From Mobula hypostoma (Eukaryota): 64,000 nucleotides of DNA. This document shows positions 36,286 through 49,164 of the stretch, piece after piece; within the stretch, counting starts at the first letter, position 1; every line of letters starts with the position of its first letter. The stretch is from the NCBI RefSeq assembly GCF_963921235.1, contig NC_086097.1, positions 160,582,001 through 160,646,000 on the forward strand, given 5' to 3'. Below the pieces are notes generated by a model that did not search any database, was not told the origin of the DNA, and saw only the letters and a program-made list of their open reading frames with translations. A program made the position numbers and the translations under genes.

Positions 36286-36853
36286 TTATAAAGTTCAGGC
36301 ATAATTTCCAAACAATGGATCTGAAAATACTGTGCTCTGTACTGTAGTCAGTCTAATCCACATTTAACATCCAAATAAGTCAAACCCAGGTAAGGTTAAT
36401 TCAAGGCATAGTGTTACTGGTGAGCAATCTGTTTCTACACATGAACCCTTGGAATGCTTAGAAAGGAATGCCATAGACTATTTTAAGTAATAAATTTAGC
36501 ATAAGCATATGAGTCTATTACAAGATAGAAATGTTGTGTCAGATGTGGAAGTTTGGTGATAACAACTTGATTCCGGAGAAACACAATTTGAGGTGTTTTA
36601 CCTCAGAGTTGTTGATTATCATGGAAAAGGCCAAAGACCTGAAATTGTTAATTAAGTGGGCAATCATACCTTTGCAGATATCAAAAGTATTTTATTTACT
36701 TAACAGTCAGATAAAAGAGATTCTGACTGTGCCTGTGGCTCAGACAGTAAGGAATCATAGAGGAGGAGACTCAAATACCACAGTGAAACCATTTCAATCA
36801 CTTTTGCTGCTAGCATCACATCTTTGAGAAGCTAGACATTTACCCACTTTAAT

Positions 36854-38708
36854 TAGTGGTTCCTAGAGTGGGCGATATCATTCCCCCCCCCACCTACCTG
36901 GGGGCAGCGGAAGTTTCTAAGAGGGTGATAAAGTTAAGAGGTGTGGTGGGAAGGTGCTCAGTAGCAAGAATACAAGAAATAAATTACTTATAAACATTTG
37001 ATCCTCAACTAGTTACAATGATCACATAATCACATCGTCTCTTGCTAACCCACTGTTCTCTTAGACTTTGATTGAAGCTGTTGAAAAGCAGTGACACTTC
37101 TGTATTTGGGATATCATGAGAAATCTGGACTGAAGAAATCGTGTCATTTCATTGCCTGGCTTACACATTATTAACATTCACTATTGTATAGTGTTGGCTA
37201 GTATGATTTCCATACTCTAATCACACAGTGATACAATTCCTATGAATTAGGGTATGGCATTCAATGGGGTAAAGTTCAGAATCAGCCCTATTGAATGATC
37301 TTGTCCACATTTCTCTCGCTCACCCAACTGAGATATCATTGCCCCACTTTATATACTTTCATGCCTGAGTTACGATGACATATCTTTCCCCTTTATTGCT
37401 CAGTCCTAGAGGTTAGACTTAAACAATAAGTGATTGACCATGATCAGCAATCCATAATGAAAGTAACAGAAGCAGACCAAATGAAAAAGTGTAGACAGCG
37501 TAGGGTGGAGTATTTAAAATATGGATTTATAGCAGTATCAAGCAACCAACAGCGGCCAATGTGTCTCTTGTGTGAAAAAGTTTTTTTTTCCCAAATGAGG
37601 CAATTAAACCATCCAGGTTCCAGGAACATTTGAAGAGAATATACACTGATAAAGCAAACAAGAATTCGGCTTATTTTCAATCACTTTGTGAAAACTTGAA
37701 GAAACAGATAATACTTCAAAACATGTTTGCCACCACTTCATAGTGTTGTGTGCTTCATACAACATTTCATTGCTCATTGCTAAATCTGGAAACTCCTATA
37801 CAATTGGAGAAGAACTGATTCTATCATTAGTAAGGTAGATTCTGAGTACAGTTTTGCAAAAGTCACCAGACCAAATAACTAAATCAATTCTGCTCAGCAA
37901 CAAGTCTGCTGCAAATCGATGAAATGTCTGAAAATATGAAAGACACGTTGTGCAATATACAATACTTAGGACAACAGAATTTGCTCTGCAGTAGGATGAG
38001 CCAACTTTGCCAGGCAACGAATCTTTGCTTCTTATTTATGTTCACTTCATAAAAGCATGGTTCAAGAAGCACATTCCACTCATCAACATTCTTGCTTGTG
38101 CAACTGATGGAACACCATTGTTAAATTATTACTTTCTTGCAAAAGAGTTCTGCCTAACAAATTTACTATTCACTGTATAATTCACAGTCAGCTTGCCCCA
38201 AAGAGTCCAAGTGTTCATCTGCACAAATCATACTGTTATCACAGCAGTAAATAAAATAAAGTTCCATGCTCTCAATTCTCAACTATTTTGAGAGTTTCGT
38301 ATTGAGAATAATGAACAGTTTGAACACTTGCTGTTGTACACAGACGTCAAAGGCTCTCAAAGGGAAACTGCCCATGATACTTTTATGTGCCTTTTGAAAC
38401 TGTGAAAATTCTTTGACTCAAATGCTTCATTAGGCAATCAGCTCAAGAATATTAGGCATGACCTTACCTATTTGTCAGAATTTTTGCAAAGTTTAATAAA
38501 ACCAATCTTCAATTGCAAGGAAATGATCTGAATCTTATCAAAGTCAAATTAGTCATCTCCACATTTCTATCCAGGTCATACTTATTAAAGTACAGTACAA
38601 CATTGGCTGTCATGACGTTTTCCAATTTCTGAACTTCTCTGAGCTGGAAGAGATAGAATGCCAGATGATAATGCTTAACGATACAGTATCCACCTGGGTG
38701 AGCTGCAT
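36854..38708 (+). mobile_element. hAT (Charlie/Buster-like) transposon remnant with BED zinc finger, truncated by Penelope
   Basis: KKCRQRRVEYLKYGFIAVSSNQQRPMCLLCEKVF/SNEAIKPSRFQEHLKRI, LIAKSGNSYTIGEELIL, ILACATDGTP, FTIHCIIHSQL, NLQLQGNDLNLIKVK. TIR-like 'tagtggttcctagagtgggc'. Confidence 0.85.
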
Positions 38709-38804
38709 AAACACGAGGGATTCTGCAGATGCTAAAAATCCAGAACAAGACACACAAAGTGCTGGCGGAACTCAGTTCAGGAATCATCTATGGAAATGAA
38801 CAAA

Positions 38805-38842
38805 CAGTTGATGTTTCATGCCGAGAACCTTCTTCAGGACTG
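38805..38842 (-). ncRNA. Hammerhead ribozyme motif, partly decayed
   Basis: Minus strand: CAGTC-CTGAAGA-AGGTTCTCGGCAT-GAAA-CATC-AACTG. Confidence 0.6.
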
Positions 38843-39214
38843 GAAAGGAAGGGGAAAGACACCAGAATAAAAATGTAGGGGGTAGGGAAGGAGGACTATC
38901 TAGAAGGTGATAGGTGATGCCAGATGGGTGGGAAAGCTAAAGGGCTAGAGAAGATGGAATCCGATAGGAAAGGAGAGTGGACCATGGCAAAAAGGGAAGG
39001 AGGAATGGCATGAGGCAGGAGAGAAGAAAAGTTAAGAGGCATGAGTGGGGAATAGAGGCGGGGGGGGGGGTGAAAAAAATTACCAAAAGGAGAAACCAAT
39101 GTTCATGCCATCAACGCAAACACGAGGAATTCTGCAGATGCTGGAAATTCAAGCAACACACATCAAAGTTGCTGGTGAACGCAGCAGGCCAGGCAGCATC
39201 TCTAGGAAGAGGTA

Positions 39215-39256
39215 CAGTCGATGTTTCAGGCCGAGACCCTTCGTCAGGACTAACTG
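39215..39256 (-). ncRNA. Hammerhead ribozyme motif (AUC triplet variant)
   Basis: Minus strand: CAGTTAGTC-CTGACGA-AGGGTCTCGGCCT-GAAA-CATC-GACTG; a single G>A in stem III relative to 3750-3791. Confidence 0.75.
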
Positions 39257-40951
39257 AAGGAAGAGCTAGTAAGAGATTTAAAAGGGGGATGGGGAGGGGG
39301 ATCTCCAAAATGATAGGAGAAGACAGGAGGGGGAGGGATGGAGCCAAGAGCTGGACAGGTGATTGACAAAAGGGATATGAGAGGATCTTGCAACAGGAGG
39401 CCCAGGGAGAAGGAAAAGGGGGGGGGGGTGGAACCCAGAGGATGGGCAAGGGGTATAGTCAGAGGGACAGAGGGAGAAAAAGGGAGAGAGAAAGAATGTG
39501 TGTATATAAATAACAGATGGGGTACGAGGGGGAGGTGGGGCATTAGCGGAAGTTAGAGAAGTCAATGTTCACGCCATCAGATTGGAGACTACCCAGACGG
39601 AATATAAGGTGTTGTTCCTCCAACCTGAGTGTGGCTTCATCTTTACAGTAGAGGAGGCCGTGGATAGACATGTCAGAATGGGAATGGGATGTGGAATTAA
39701 AATGTGTGGCCACTGGGAGATCCTGCTTTCTCTGGCGGACAGAGCGTAGGTGTTCAGCAAAACGATCTCCCAGTCTGCGTCAGGTCTCGCCAATATATAG
39801 AAGGCCACATCAGGAGCACCGGACGCAGTATATCACCCCAGCTGACTCACAGGTGAAGTGTCGCCTCACCTGGAAGGACTGTCTGGGGCCCTGAATAGTG
39901 GTAAGGGTATGTGTAGCACTTGTTCCGCTTACACGGATAAGTGCCAGAAGGGAGATCAGTGGGGAGGGATGGGGGGCGGGGGAACAAATGGACAAGGGAG
40001 TCGCGTAGGGAGCGATCTTTGCAGAAAGCGGGGGGGGGAGGGGGAGGGAAAGATGTGCTCAGTGGTGGGATCCCGTTGGAGGTGGCGGAAGTTACAGAGA
40101 ATAATATGTTGGACCCGGAGGCTGGTGGGGTGGTAGGTGAGGACCAGAGGAACCCTATTCCTAGTGGGGTGGCAGGAGGATGGAGTGAGAGCAGATGTGC
40201 GTGAAATGGGGGAAATGCGTTTGAGAGCAGAGTTGACGGTGGAGGAAGGGAAGCCCCTTTCTTTAAAAAAGGAGAACATCTCCCTCGTCCTGGAATGAAA
40301 AGCCTCATCCTGAGAGCAGATGCGGTGGAGACGGAGGAATTGTGAGAAGGGGATGGCATTTTTTCAAGAGACAGGGTGAGAAGAGGAATAGTCCAGATAG
40401 CTGTGAGAGTCAGTAGGCTTATAGTAGACATCAGTAGATAAGCTGTCTCCAGAGACAGAAAGATCTAGAAAGGGGAGGGAGGTGTCGGAAATGGACCAGG
40501 TAAACTTGAGGGCAGGGTGAAAGTTGGAGGCAAAGTTAATAAAGTCAACGAGCTTAGCATGCGTGCCGGAAGCAGCGCCAATGCAATGTTGGAGGAACAA
40601 CACCTTATATTCCGTCTGGGTAGCCTCCAACCTGATGGCATGAACATTGACTTCTCTAACTTCCGCTAATGCCCCACCTCCCCCTCGTACCCCATCCGTT
40701 ATTTATTTATATACACACATTCTTTCTCTCTCCTTTTTCTCCCTCTGTCCCTCTGACTATACCCCTTGCCCATCCTCTGGGCTTCCCTCCCCATCCTTTT
40801 CCTTCTCCCTGGGCCTCCTGTCCCATGATCCTCTCAGACTCCTTTTGCCAATCACCTGTCCAGCTCTTGGTTGCATCCCTCCCCCTCCTGTCTTCTCCTA
40901 TCATTTTGGATCTCCCCCTCCCCCTCTTAAATCTCTTACTAGCTCTTTCTT

Positions 40952-40993
40952 CAGTTAGTCCTGACGAAGGGTCTCGGCCTGAAACGTCGACTG
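40952..40993 (+). ncRNA. Minimal type I hammerhead ribozyme motif, core intact
   Basis: CAGTTAGTC-CTGACGA(40961-67)-AGGGTCTCGGCCT-GAAA(40981-84)-CGTC-GACTG, identical to 3750-3791. Confidence 0.85.
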
Positions 40994-41082
40994 TACCTCT
41001 TCCTAGAGATGCTGCCTGGCCTGCTGCGTTCACCAGCAACTTTGATGTGTGTTTCATGCCATCAACTTGGAGACGGCCTATA

Positions 41083-42222
41083 CAGTGGCATGCAAAAGTT
41101 TGGGCACCCTGGTCAAAATTTCTGTTACTGTGAATAGCTAAGCGAGTAAAAGACGACCTGATTTCCAAAAGGCATAAAGTTAAAGATGACACATTTCTTT
41201 AATATTCTAAGAAAACTTTTATTTCCATCTTTTACAGTTTCAAAATAACAAAAAAGAAAAAGGGCCTGAAGCAAAAGTTTGGGCACCCTGCATGGCAGTA
41301 CTTAGTAACACCCCCTCTGGCAAGTATCACAACTTGTAAACACTTTATTAGCCAGCTAAGAATCTAAATTCTATTTTAACTTCATCAGTCCACAGGACTT
41401 GTTTCCAAAATGCATCAGGCTTGTGTAGATGTTTCCTTTGAACCTTCTGAATAGAACTTTTTGGCCACAATGAGCAAACACATGTTTGGAGAAAAAAGGG
41501 TACAGAATTTGATGAAAAGAACCCCTCTCCAACTGTTAAGTACGGGGGTGGGGGGGGGTGGATCAATCATGCTTTGGGCTTGTGTTGCAGCCAGTGGCAC
41601 GGGGAACATTTACTGGTAGAGGGAAGAATGAATTCAATTAAATACCAGCAAATTCTGGAAGCAAACATCACACCGTCTGTAAAAAAGCTGAAGATGAAAA
41701 GAGGATGGCTTCTACAACAGGATAATGAACCTAAACACACTTCAAAATCCACAATGGACTACCTCAAGAGGTGCAAGCTGAAGGTTTTGCCATGGCCCTC
41801 TCAGTCCCCTCACCTAAACATCATGGAGAATCTGTGGATAGACCTCAAAAGAGCAGTGCATGCAAGACGGCCCAAGAATCTCACAGAACTAGAAGCCTTT
41901 TGCAAGGAAGAATGGATGAAAATCCCCCAAACAAGAATTGAAAGACTCTTAGCTGGCTAGAAAAAGTGTTTATATGATACTTGCCAAAGCGGGTGTTACT
42001 AAGCACTGCCACGCAGGGTGCCCAAACTTTTGCTCCGGGCCCTTTTCCTTTTTTGTTATTTTGAAACTGTAAAAGATGAAAATAGAAAAGTTTTCCTGCT
42101 TAGAGTATTAAAGAAATGTGTCATCTCTAACTTTATGCCTTTTGGAAATCAGTTCATCTTTTACTCGCTTAGCTATTCACAGTAACAGAAATTTTGACCG
42201 GGGGTGCCCAAACTCTTGCATG
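41083..42222 (+). mobile_element. Tc1-family (IR/DR type, DD34E) transposon, internally deleted and rearranged
   Basis: TA-flanked. Long inverted ends contain the repeated 'gcaaaagtttgggcaccc' DR (41092 and 41271). QQDNEPKH...WPSQSPHLNIMENLW has 34 residues between D and E. The WTDE segment lies on the minus strand at ~41367-41450. Confidence 0.93.
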
Positions 42223-43112
42223 TAATATGAAGTGTTGCTGCTTCACTCTCAGAGTGGCCTCATCATGGCAGAAGAGAAGGCCATGGACCGACATGTTGTA
42301 ACGAGAATGGGGATAGGAATTAAAAAGGTTGGCCACTGGGAAATTCCACTTTTGGTGGATGGAGTGGAGGTGCTCGACAAAGGGGTCCTCCAGTTTATTT
42401 TGGTTCTCACCAATGCAGAGGAGGCTGCATCAAGAGCACTGGATACAATAAACACCATCAGATTCACAGGTGAAATGTTGCCTCACCTGGAAGAACTGTT
42501 TGGAACCCTGAATGGAGGTAACAGAGGAGGTAAATGGGCAAGTGTAGCATTTCTGTCACCTACAGGGATATGTGTCAGGAGGGAGATTAGTGGGGAAGGG
42601 TGAATCGGCAAGGGAATCCAGAGAAATCTCTGTGGAAGGTGGAGATGAGGAGGACATAAAGATGTATTTGGTGGTAGGATCCTGCTGAAGGTGGCAGAAG
42701 TTGCAGAGAATGACGTATTGGATGCAGAAGTTCATGAGGTGGTAGGTGAGATAAGAGGAACTCTATCCCTGTTAAGGTGGCAGGAAGACAGGATGAGGCA
42801 GATGTCCTAGAAATGGAGGAGATGCAGGTGAGGGTAGCATCAATAATGGAGGAAGGGGAACTCCATTCTTTGAAGAAAGAGGACATCTCTGATTTCCTGG
42901 AAAGGAAAGCCTCATCCTGGGAACAGAAGCAGTTGAGACAAAGGAACTGAGAAAAAGGAATTACAGGAGACAGTGTGGGAAGAGGTATTGTCAAGGTAAC
43001 CGTGGGAATCGTAAGTTTACAAAGGATGTCAGCAGACAGATCATCTTCAGAGATAGAAAGATTGAGAAAGGAAAGGGAGGTGTCAGAAATGAATCAAGTA
43101 AGTTTAAGGGCA

Positions 43113-44480
43113 GTGTGGAAGAACATCATCAGTGAGGTTCTACCAACAATGGTTGTAACATCAGCAAATTTATAGATGGTATTTGAGCAATGCCTAGCCA
43201 CACAATCATGAGTATATAGAGAGTAGAGCAGTGAACTAAGCACACACCCCTGAAGTGCACCAGTGTTGATCGTCAGTGAGGAGGAGATGTTATCACCAAT
43301 CTGCACAGACTGTGGTCTTCTGGTTAGGAAGACGAGGATCCAAATGCAGAGGGAAGTACAGAGGCCCAGGTTCTGCAACTTCTCAAGCAAGGTTATGGGG
43401 ATGATAGTATTAAATGCTGAGCTATAGTCCATGAACAGCATCCTGACATAGGTATTTGTGTTGTTCAGGTGGTCTAAAGCCGTATGAAGAGCCACTGTGA
43501 TTGCATCTGCCACTGACCTATTGTGGTGATAGGCAAATTGTAATGGTTCCAGGTCCTTGCTGGAGGCAGGAGTTCAGTTTAGTCATGACCAACCTCTCAA
43601 AGCATTTCATCACTGTAGATGTGAGTGCTACAGTGATTAAGGCAGCTCACATTATTCTTCTTAGGTACTGGTATAATTGTTGCCTTGTTGAAACAAGTGG
43701 GAACTTCTGCCCATAGCAGTGAGAGGTTGAAAATGTCCTTGAATACTCCCTCCAGTTGGTTGGCACAGGTTTTCAGAGCCTTACCAGGTACTCCATCAGG
43801 ACCTTCCACCTTGCAAGGGTTCACTCTCTTTAAAGACAGCTTAACATTGGCCTCTGAGACAGAGATCACAGGGTCTTCAGGTGTAGCAGGGGTCTTCACA
43901 GCTGTAGTTATATTCTCCCTTTCCAAGCAGGCATAGAAGGCATTGAGTTCATCTGGTAGTGAAGCATCACTGCTATTCATGCTATTGGGTTTCACTTTGT
44001 AGGAAGTAATGCCTTGCAAACTCTGCCAGAGTTGTCGTACATCCAACTGTGCCTCCAACCTCCTTCGAAATTGTCTCTTTGCTCTTGAAATAGCCCTCCG
44101 CAAATCATACCTGGTTTTCTGGTACGAGCCTGGGTCACCAGACTCGAATGCCACAGATCTAGCCTTCAGCAGGCGATGTACTTCCTGTCATCCACGGCTT
44201 TTGGTTTGGGGAAGTATAGTAGGTCTCTATAGACACACACACATCCACATAGTTTTTAATGAAGCTGGTAACAACTGCTACATACTCATCCAGGTTCGAA
44301 GATGAATCCCTGAATACAGTCCAGTCCACTGATTCAAAGCAGTCCTGTAGGCACACCTGTGCTTTCCTTGTCCATACCTTCTTGGTCCACACTACAGTCT
44401 TCAGTCTCTGCCTGTACTCAGGGAGTGGAAGTACAGCCAGGTAATCAGACTTCCAGAAGTGAAGGCATGGAATAGCCTCC
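43113..44480 (-). mobile_element. Rex1/Babar LINE internal fragment
   Basis: [89 protein letters not shown]. Confidence 0.9.
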
Positions 44481-44811
44481 CCTCGGCAGCCCGTATCATA
44501 TAAGTAGAAATATATGATCTGGTTATTGCTGATGATATAAAATAGAATATGGGAGCAAATTGGTAAGTATAAATAACATTGTAGGTGACTAGGAAAATGA
44601 GATTAGCAAGATTGTAATCATATAAATCTGGCATACGGTACACAGATCACAAATTCTCTGGTAATGCAAGTGGTAAAGAAGATAAATATTAAAATCCAGA
44701 TTAGCAAAGTAGTAAATTGGTTTATTATTGTTAAATTTAATGAGGTACAGAGGAAAATTCGTTTTGCATACAATTCAAACAGATCAATTCTTGTAACAGT
44801 GCATTGACGTA

Positions 44812-44885
44812 CAGTACTGTGCAAAAGTCTTAACACACACACAATTATATATAGCTACAGTGTCTAGAACTTTTGCACAGTAATA
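44812..44885. mobile_element. Tiny Tc1-type MITE
   Basis: Inverted ends 'cagtactgtgcaaaagtctt' / 'acttttgcacagtaata'; same TIR family as at 58950. Confidence 0.7.
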
Positions 44886-45704
44886 CAAAGCAAAGCAATA
44901 ACAGAATGCAGAATAAATTATTAAAGCTACAAAGAAAGTGCAGTAAGAAAAGACAGTAAGAGGCAAAGTCACAATGAGGTAGATTTTGAGAATAGATGTC
45001 CATTTCTTTTTACTAGGGAACTGTTCAATAATCCTATCTCAGTGACAGATGTCCTTCAACCTAGTGTAACATGCTTTCAGACCTTTGTAACTTCTGCCTG
45101 ATTTGGGGGGGGGCGGGTGGAGATGGAGGAGAATAGAGAATGTCTAGGGTGGTTGATTATGTTAGCTGCCTTACTGAGGCAGCAAAAAGTGTGAACAGAG
45201 CCCATGAAGAAATTAGTTTCCATATGTGCTAAGCTGTATTTACAACTCTCTGTAGTTTCTTGTAGCCACAGGCCAAGCAGCTACCATAAGAGGAGGTGCA
45301 TCTGGATAGGATGCTTTCTATGGTGCACTGATGAAAATTGGTGATGGTTAAAGGGGGACGTGCCAAATTGCTTTATCCTCCAGAAGAAGTAAAGGTGCTG
45401 GTTGAGTTTTATTTTTGTCCATGACATCTATGTGATTGGACTAGGATAGGCTACTGGTGTTGATCACGCCTAGGAACCTGAAGCTCTCGACTTCAACACC
45501 ATTGATGTAAACAGCAGCATGTGCACCACACTCCCTTCCTGAAGTCACTAACCAGCTCTTGAGATTTGCTGACATTAAGAAAGGGTTGTTGTCATGACAC
45601 CATGTCACTGGGCTCTCTGTATCCTTCCTATAATCTGAATCATTCATATTTGCAACGTGGTCCACTACAGTGATATCATTTTCAAACTTTTAGATGCAGT
45701 TAGA

Positions 45705-48158
45705 AACATAGAAAACCAACAGCACAATATAGGCCCTTCGTCTCATAATGCTGTGCCAAACATGTACTTTTTCAGAAAATGCCTAGGGGTTACCCATAGG
45801 CCTCTATTTTTCTAAGCTCCATGTACTGATCCAAGAATCACTTAAAAGACCCTACTATATCCGACTCCAACACCGTCGCCAGCAGCCCATTCCATGCACT
45901 CACCACTCTCTGCAACTTACCCCGGACATCTCATCTGTACCTACTTCCAAGCACCTGAACACAGTGCCCTCGTGCTAACCATTTCAGTCCTGGGAAAAAG
46001 CTTCTGACTATACACATGATCAATGCCTCTTATCATCTTATACACCTGTCAGGTCACCTCTCATCCTCCGTCACTCCAAGGAGAAAAGGTCAAGTTCACT
46101 CATAAGGTATGCTCCCCAATCCAGGCAACATCCTTGTAAATCTCCGCTGCACCCCTTCTATAGTTTCCACATCCTTCCTGTAGTGAGGCAACCAGAACTG
46201 AGCACAGTACTCCAAGTGGGGTCTGACCAGGATCCTATATAGCTGCAACATTACCCCTTGGCTCTTAAACTCAATCCTATGGTTGATGAAGGCCAACACA
46301 CCATATGCCTTCTTACCACAGAGTTAACCTGCGCAGCAGCTTTGAGTGTCCTACTGACTCGGACCCCAAGATCCCTCTGATCCTCCACACTGCCAACAGT
46401 CTTACCATTAATGCTATATTCTGCCATGATATTTGACCTACCAAAATGAACCACCTCACACTTATCTGGGTTGAACTCCATCTGCCACTTCTCAGCCCAG
46501 TTTTGCATCCTATCAATGTCCCGCTGAAACCTCTGTCAGCCCTTCACACTATCCACAACACCCCCAATCTTTGTGTCATCAGCAAATTTACTAACCCATC
46601 CCTCTACTTCCTCATCCAGGTCACTTATAAAAATCACGAAGAGAAGGGGTCCCAGAACAGATCCCTGACGCATTCCACTGGTCACCAACAGCCATGCAAA
46701 ATATGACCCATCTACAACCACTCTTTGCCTTCTGTGGGCAAGCCAATTTTGGATCCACAAAGCAAAGTCCCCTTGATCCCATGCCTCCTTACTTTCTCAA
46801 TAAACCTTGCATGGGGTACCTTTATCAAATGCCTTGCTGAAATCCATATACACTACATCTGCTGCTGTACCTTCATCAATATGTTTAGTCATATTGATGA
46901 CTAAAAAATTCAATCAGGCTCATAAGGCACGACTTACCTTTGACAAAGCCATGCTGACTATTCCTAATCATATTATGCCTCTCCAAATGTTCATAAATTC
47001 TGCCTCTCAGGTTCTTCTCCATCAAATTACCAATCACTGAAGTAAGACTCTCAGGTCTATAATTTCCTGGGCTATCACTACTCCCTTTCTTGAATAAGGG
47101 AACAACATCCGTAACCCTCCAATCCTCCGGAACCTCCCCCTTCCCCATTGATGATGCAAAGATCATTGTCGGAGGCTCAGCAATCTCCTCCCTCACCTCC
47201 CACAGTAGCCTGGGGTACATCTCGTCTGGTCTCGGTGACTTATCCAACTTGATGCGACCCAAAAAGCTCCAGCACATCCTCTTTCTTAATGTCTATATGC
47301 TCAAGCTTTTCAGTTCACTGTAAGTCATTCCCTACAATCAACAAGGTCCTTTTCCATAGTGAATATTGAAGCAAAATATTCATTAAGTACCTCCACTACC
47401 TCCTCCGGTTCCATACACACTTTTCCACTGTCGCACTTGATTGGTCCTATTCTCTCACGTCTTATCCTTTTGCTCTATTGTAGAATGCCTTGGGATTTTC
47501 TTTAATCCTGCTTGCCAAGGCCTTCTCATGGCCCCTTCTGGCTCTCCTAATTTCACTCTTAAGCTCCTTCCTGCTAGCCTTATAGTCTTCTATATCTCTA
47601 TCATTACCTTGTTTTTTTGAATCTTTCGTAAGCTTTCTTTTTCTTCTTGACTAGATTTTCAACAGGCTTTGTACACCATGGTTCCTGTACCCTACCATCC
47701 TTTCTCTGTCTCATTGGAACTTATCTATGCAGAATTCCATGCAAATATCTCCTGAACATTTGCTACATGCTGTAGATTTCCCTAAGAACATCTGCTCCCA
47801 ATTTATACTTCCAGGTTCCTGCCTGATAACTTCATATTTCTTCTTACTCCAATCAAACAATTTCCTAACTTGTCCGTTCCTGTCCCTCTCCAATGCTATG
47901 GTAAAGGAGTAAGAATTGTGAGCACTATCTCCAAAATGCTCTCCTACTGAGAGACCTGACACCTGACCAGGTTCATTTCCCAATACCAGTTCAAGTATAG
48001 CCTCCACTCTTGTAGGTTTATCCACATATTGTGTCAGGAAACCTTCCTGAACACGCCTAACAAACTCCACCCCATCTAAACTCCTTACTTTAGGGAGATG
48101 CCAATCAATATTGGGGAAATTAAAGTCTCCCATCACGACAACTCTGTTATTATTGCAC
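45705..48158 (-). mobile_element. CR1 LINE, 5'-truncated, same family as 14312-18019
   Basis: VVMGDFNFPNIDW, NYRPESLTS, SQHGFVKGKSC, QGSVLGPLLF, SKFADDTKIGG, VRPHLEYCAQFW. 8-bp TSD 'cagttaga' at 45697-45704 and 48159-48166. Confidence 0.95.
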
Positions 48159-49164
48159 CAGTTAGAGCAAAATTGCACCATGCAGCCTTGTGGGGCACCA
48201 GTGTTGAGAATAATCATGGCAGAGGTGCTGCTGCCTTTCCATACTGATTGTGGTCTGTTGGTCAGGAAGCCAAAGATCCAGTTACAAAGGGAGGTGTTGA
48301 GTCCCAGGTCAAGGAGCTTGGAAATGAGTTTGCTTGGAATTATGTTATTGAAGGTGAACCTGCAGTCAATAAATATTCGTCTAATATAGATGCCTTCACT
48401 GTCTGATACTCCAGTGATGAGTATCGGTGCAGGGAGATGGCGTCAGCCCTAAGCAGACCTGTTTTGACGTTAGATAAATTGTTGGGTCACGGTTGTCTGG
48501 GATGCTGGAGATAATGTGCGTCATGACGAGCCTCTCGAAGCACCTCATGATGGTGGATGTCAGAGCCACTGGTAGTAGTCATTAAGGAACTTTACACTGC
48601 TTTTCCTGTGTAGCAGAATAATGATGATTTTCTTGATGTAAGTGGAAACCTTAGATCGAAGCAGGGAGAAATTAAAAATGTCCAAAAGTAACCACATTAG
48701 CTGATCTGCACAGGATCTAAGGGCACACTCAGTGACACCATCCGGGCCAGATACTTTGTGTAGGTTCACTCACCAGATCATTGATCTTACATCCACGACA
48801 ATACAATGAATTCAATTGCATTAGACACTGTCCAGTGGGTGGTGACATGTCCATTCCCTTCCGCTCAAAATGTGCATAGAATGCAATAAGCTTATCAGGA
48901 TTGGATGTGTTGTTGTCAGCGATCTGGCCTAACTTTGTTTTGTAGCTTGTTATGGAATGTAAGCCTTGCTACAACTTTCAGATGAATTGGACTCTATTTT
49001 GGACTGGCATTGTCTCTTGCCATCCCTGATTGCTTTATAAAGGTCATATCTTAATTTCCTGTAAACGTCAGGGTTCCTGATTTGAATTCCAGATTTGAAT
49101 TTCAGATTTGCAATCAAAGTAGAAGATTGTGACATTATTGAAATATGAAACAAACCTTATTAAG

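Larger units (their letters stand above)
39116..41052 (-). mobile_element. Younger Penelope-like element: minus-strand body (39116-40587) with an inverted terminal repeat (40588-41052, + strand)
   Basis: CIGAASGTHAKLVDFINFASNFHPALKFTWSISDTSLPFLDLSV...DVYYKPTDSHSYLDYSSSHP, then GIY-YIG. Arms 39156-39624 and 40588-41052 are inverted. 14-bp TSD ttcatgccatcaac at 39102-39115 and 41053-41066. Confidence 0.93.
38709..43112 (-). mobile_element. Older Penelope-like element (pieces 38709-39115, 41053-41082, 42223-43112), interrupted by a younger PLE and a Tc1
   Basis: Terminus 'aaacacgagggattctgcagatgct' at 38709. Pieces rejoin as 'aatgttcatgccatcaac|ttggagacggccta|taatatgaagtgttgctgc'. ORF 42587..42994 has IPFSQFLCLNCFCSQDEAFLSRKSEMSSFFKE. 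Confidence 0.85.
44715..49100 (-). mobile_element. Degenerate Rex1/Babar LINE (44715-45704 and 48159-49100), split by a CR1
   Basis: SGPDGVTECALRSCADQL, IILNTGAPQGCM, LVTWCHDNN-like, YINGVEVESFRFLGV. 3' end 'aataataaaccaatttact' on the minus strand. Confidence 0.8.

Noticed and set aside
37430..38600. Domesticated ZBED/SCAND3-like gene
   Set aside because: Numerous stops, frameshifts and deletions indicate a decayed hAT transposase.
47711..48217. ORF joining an RT motif (NTGAPQG) to an endonuclease motif (GDFN)
   Set aside because: An artefact of a CR1 inserted into Rex1 at 48158, as shown by the cagttaga TSD.
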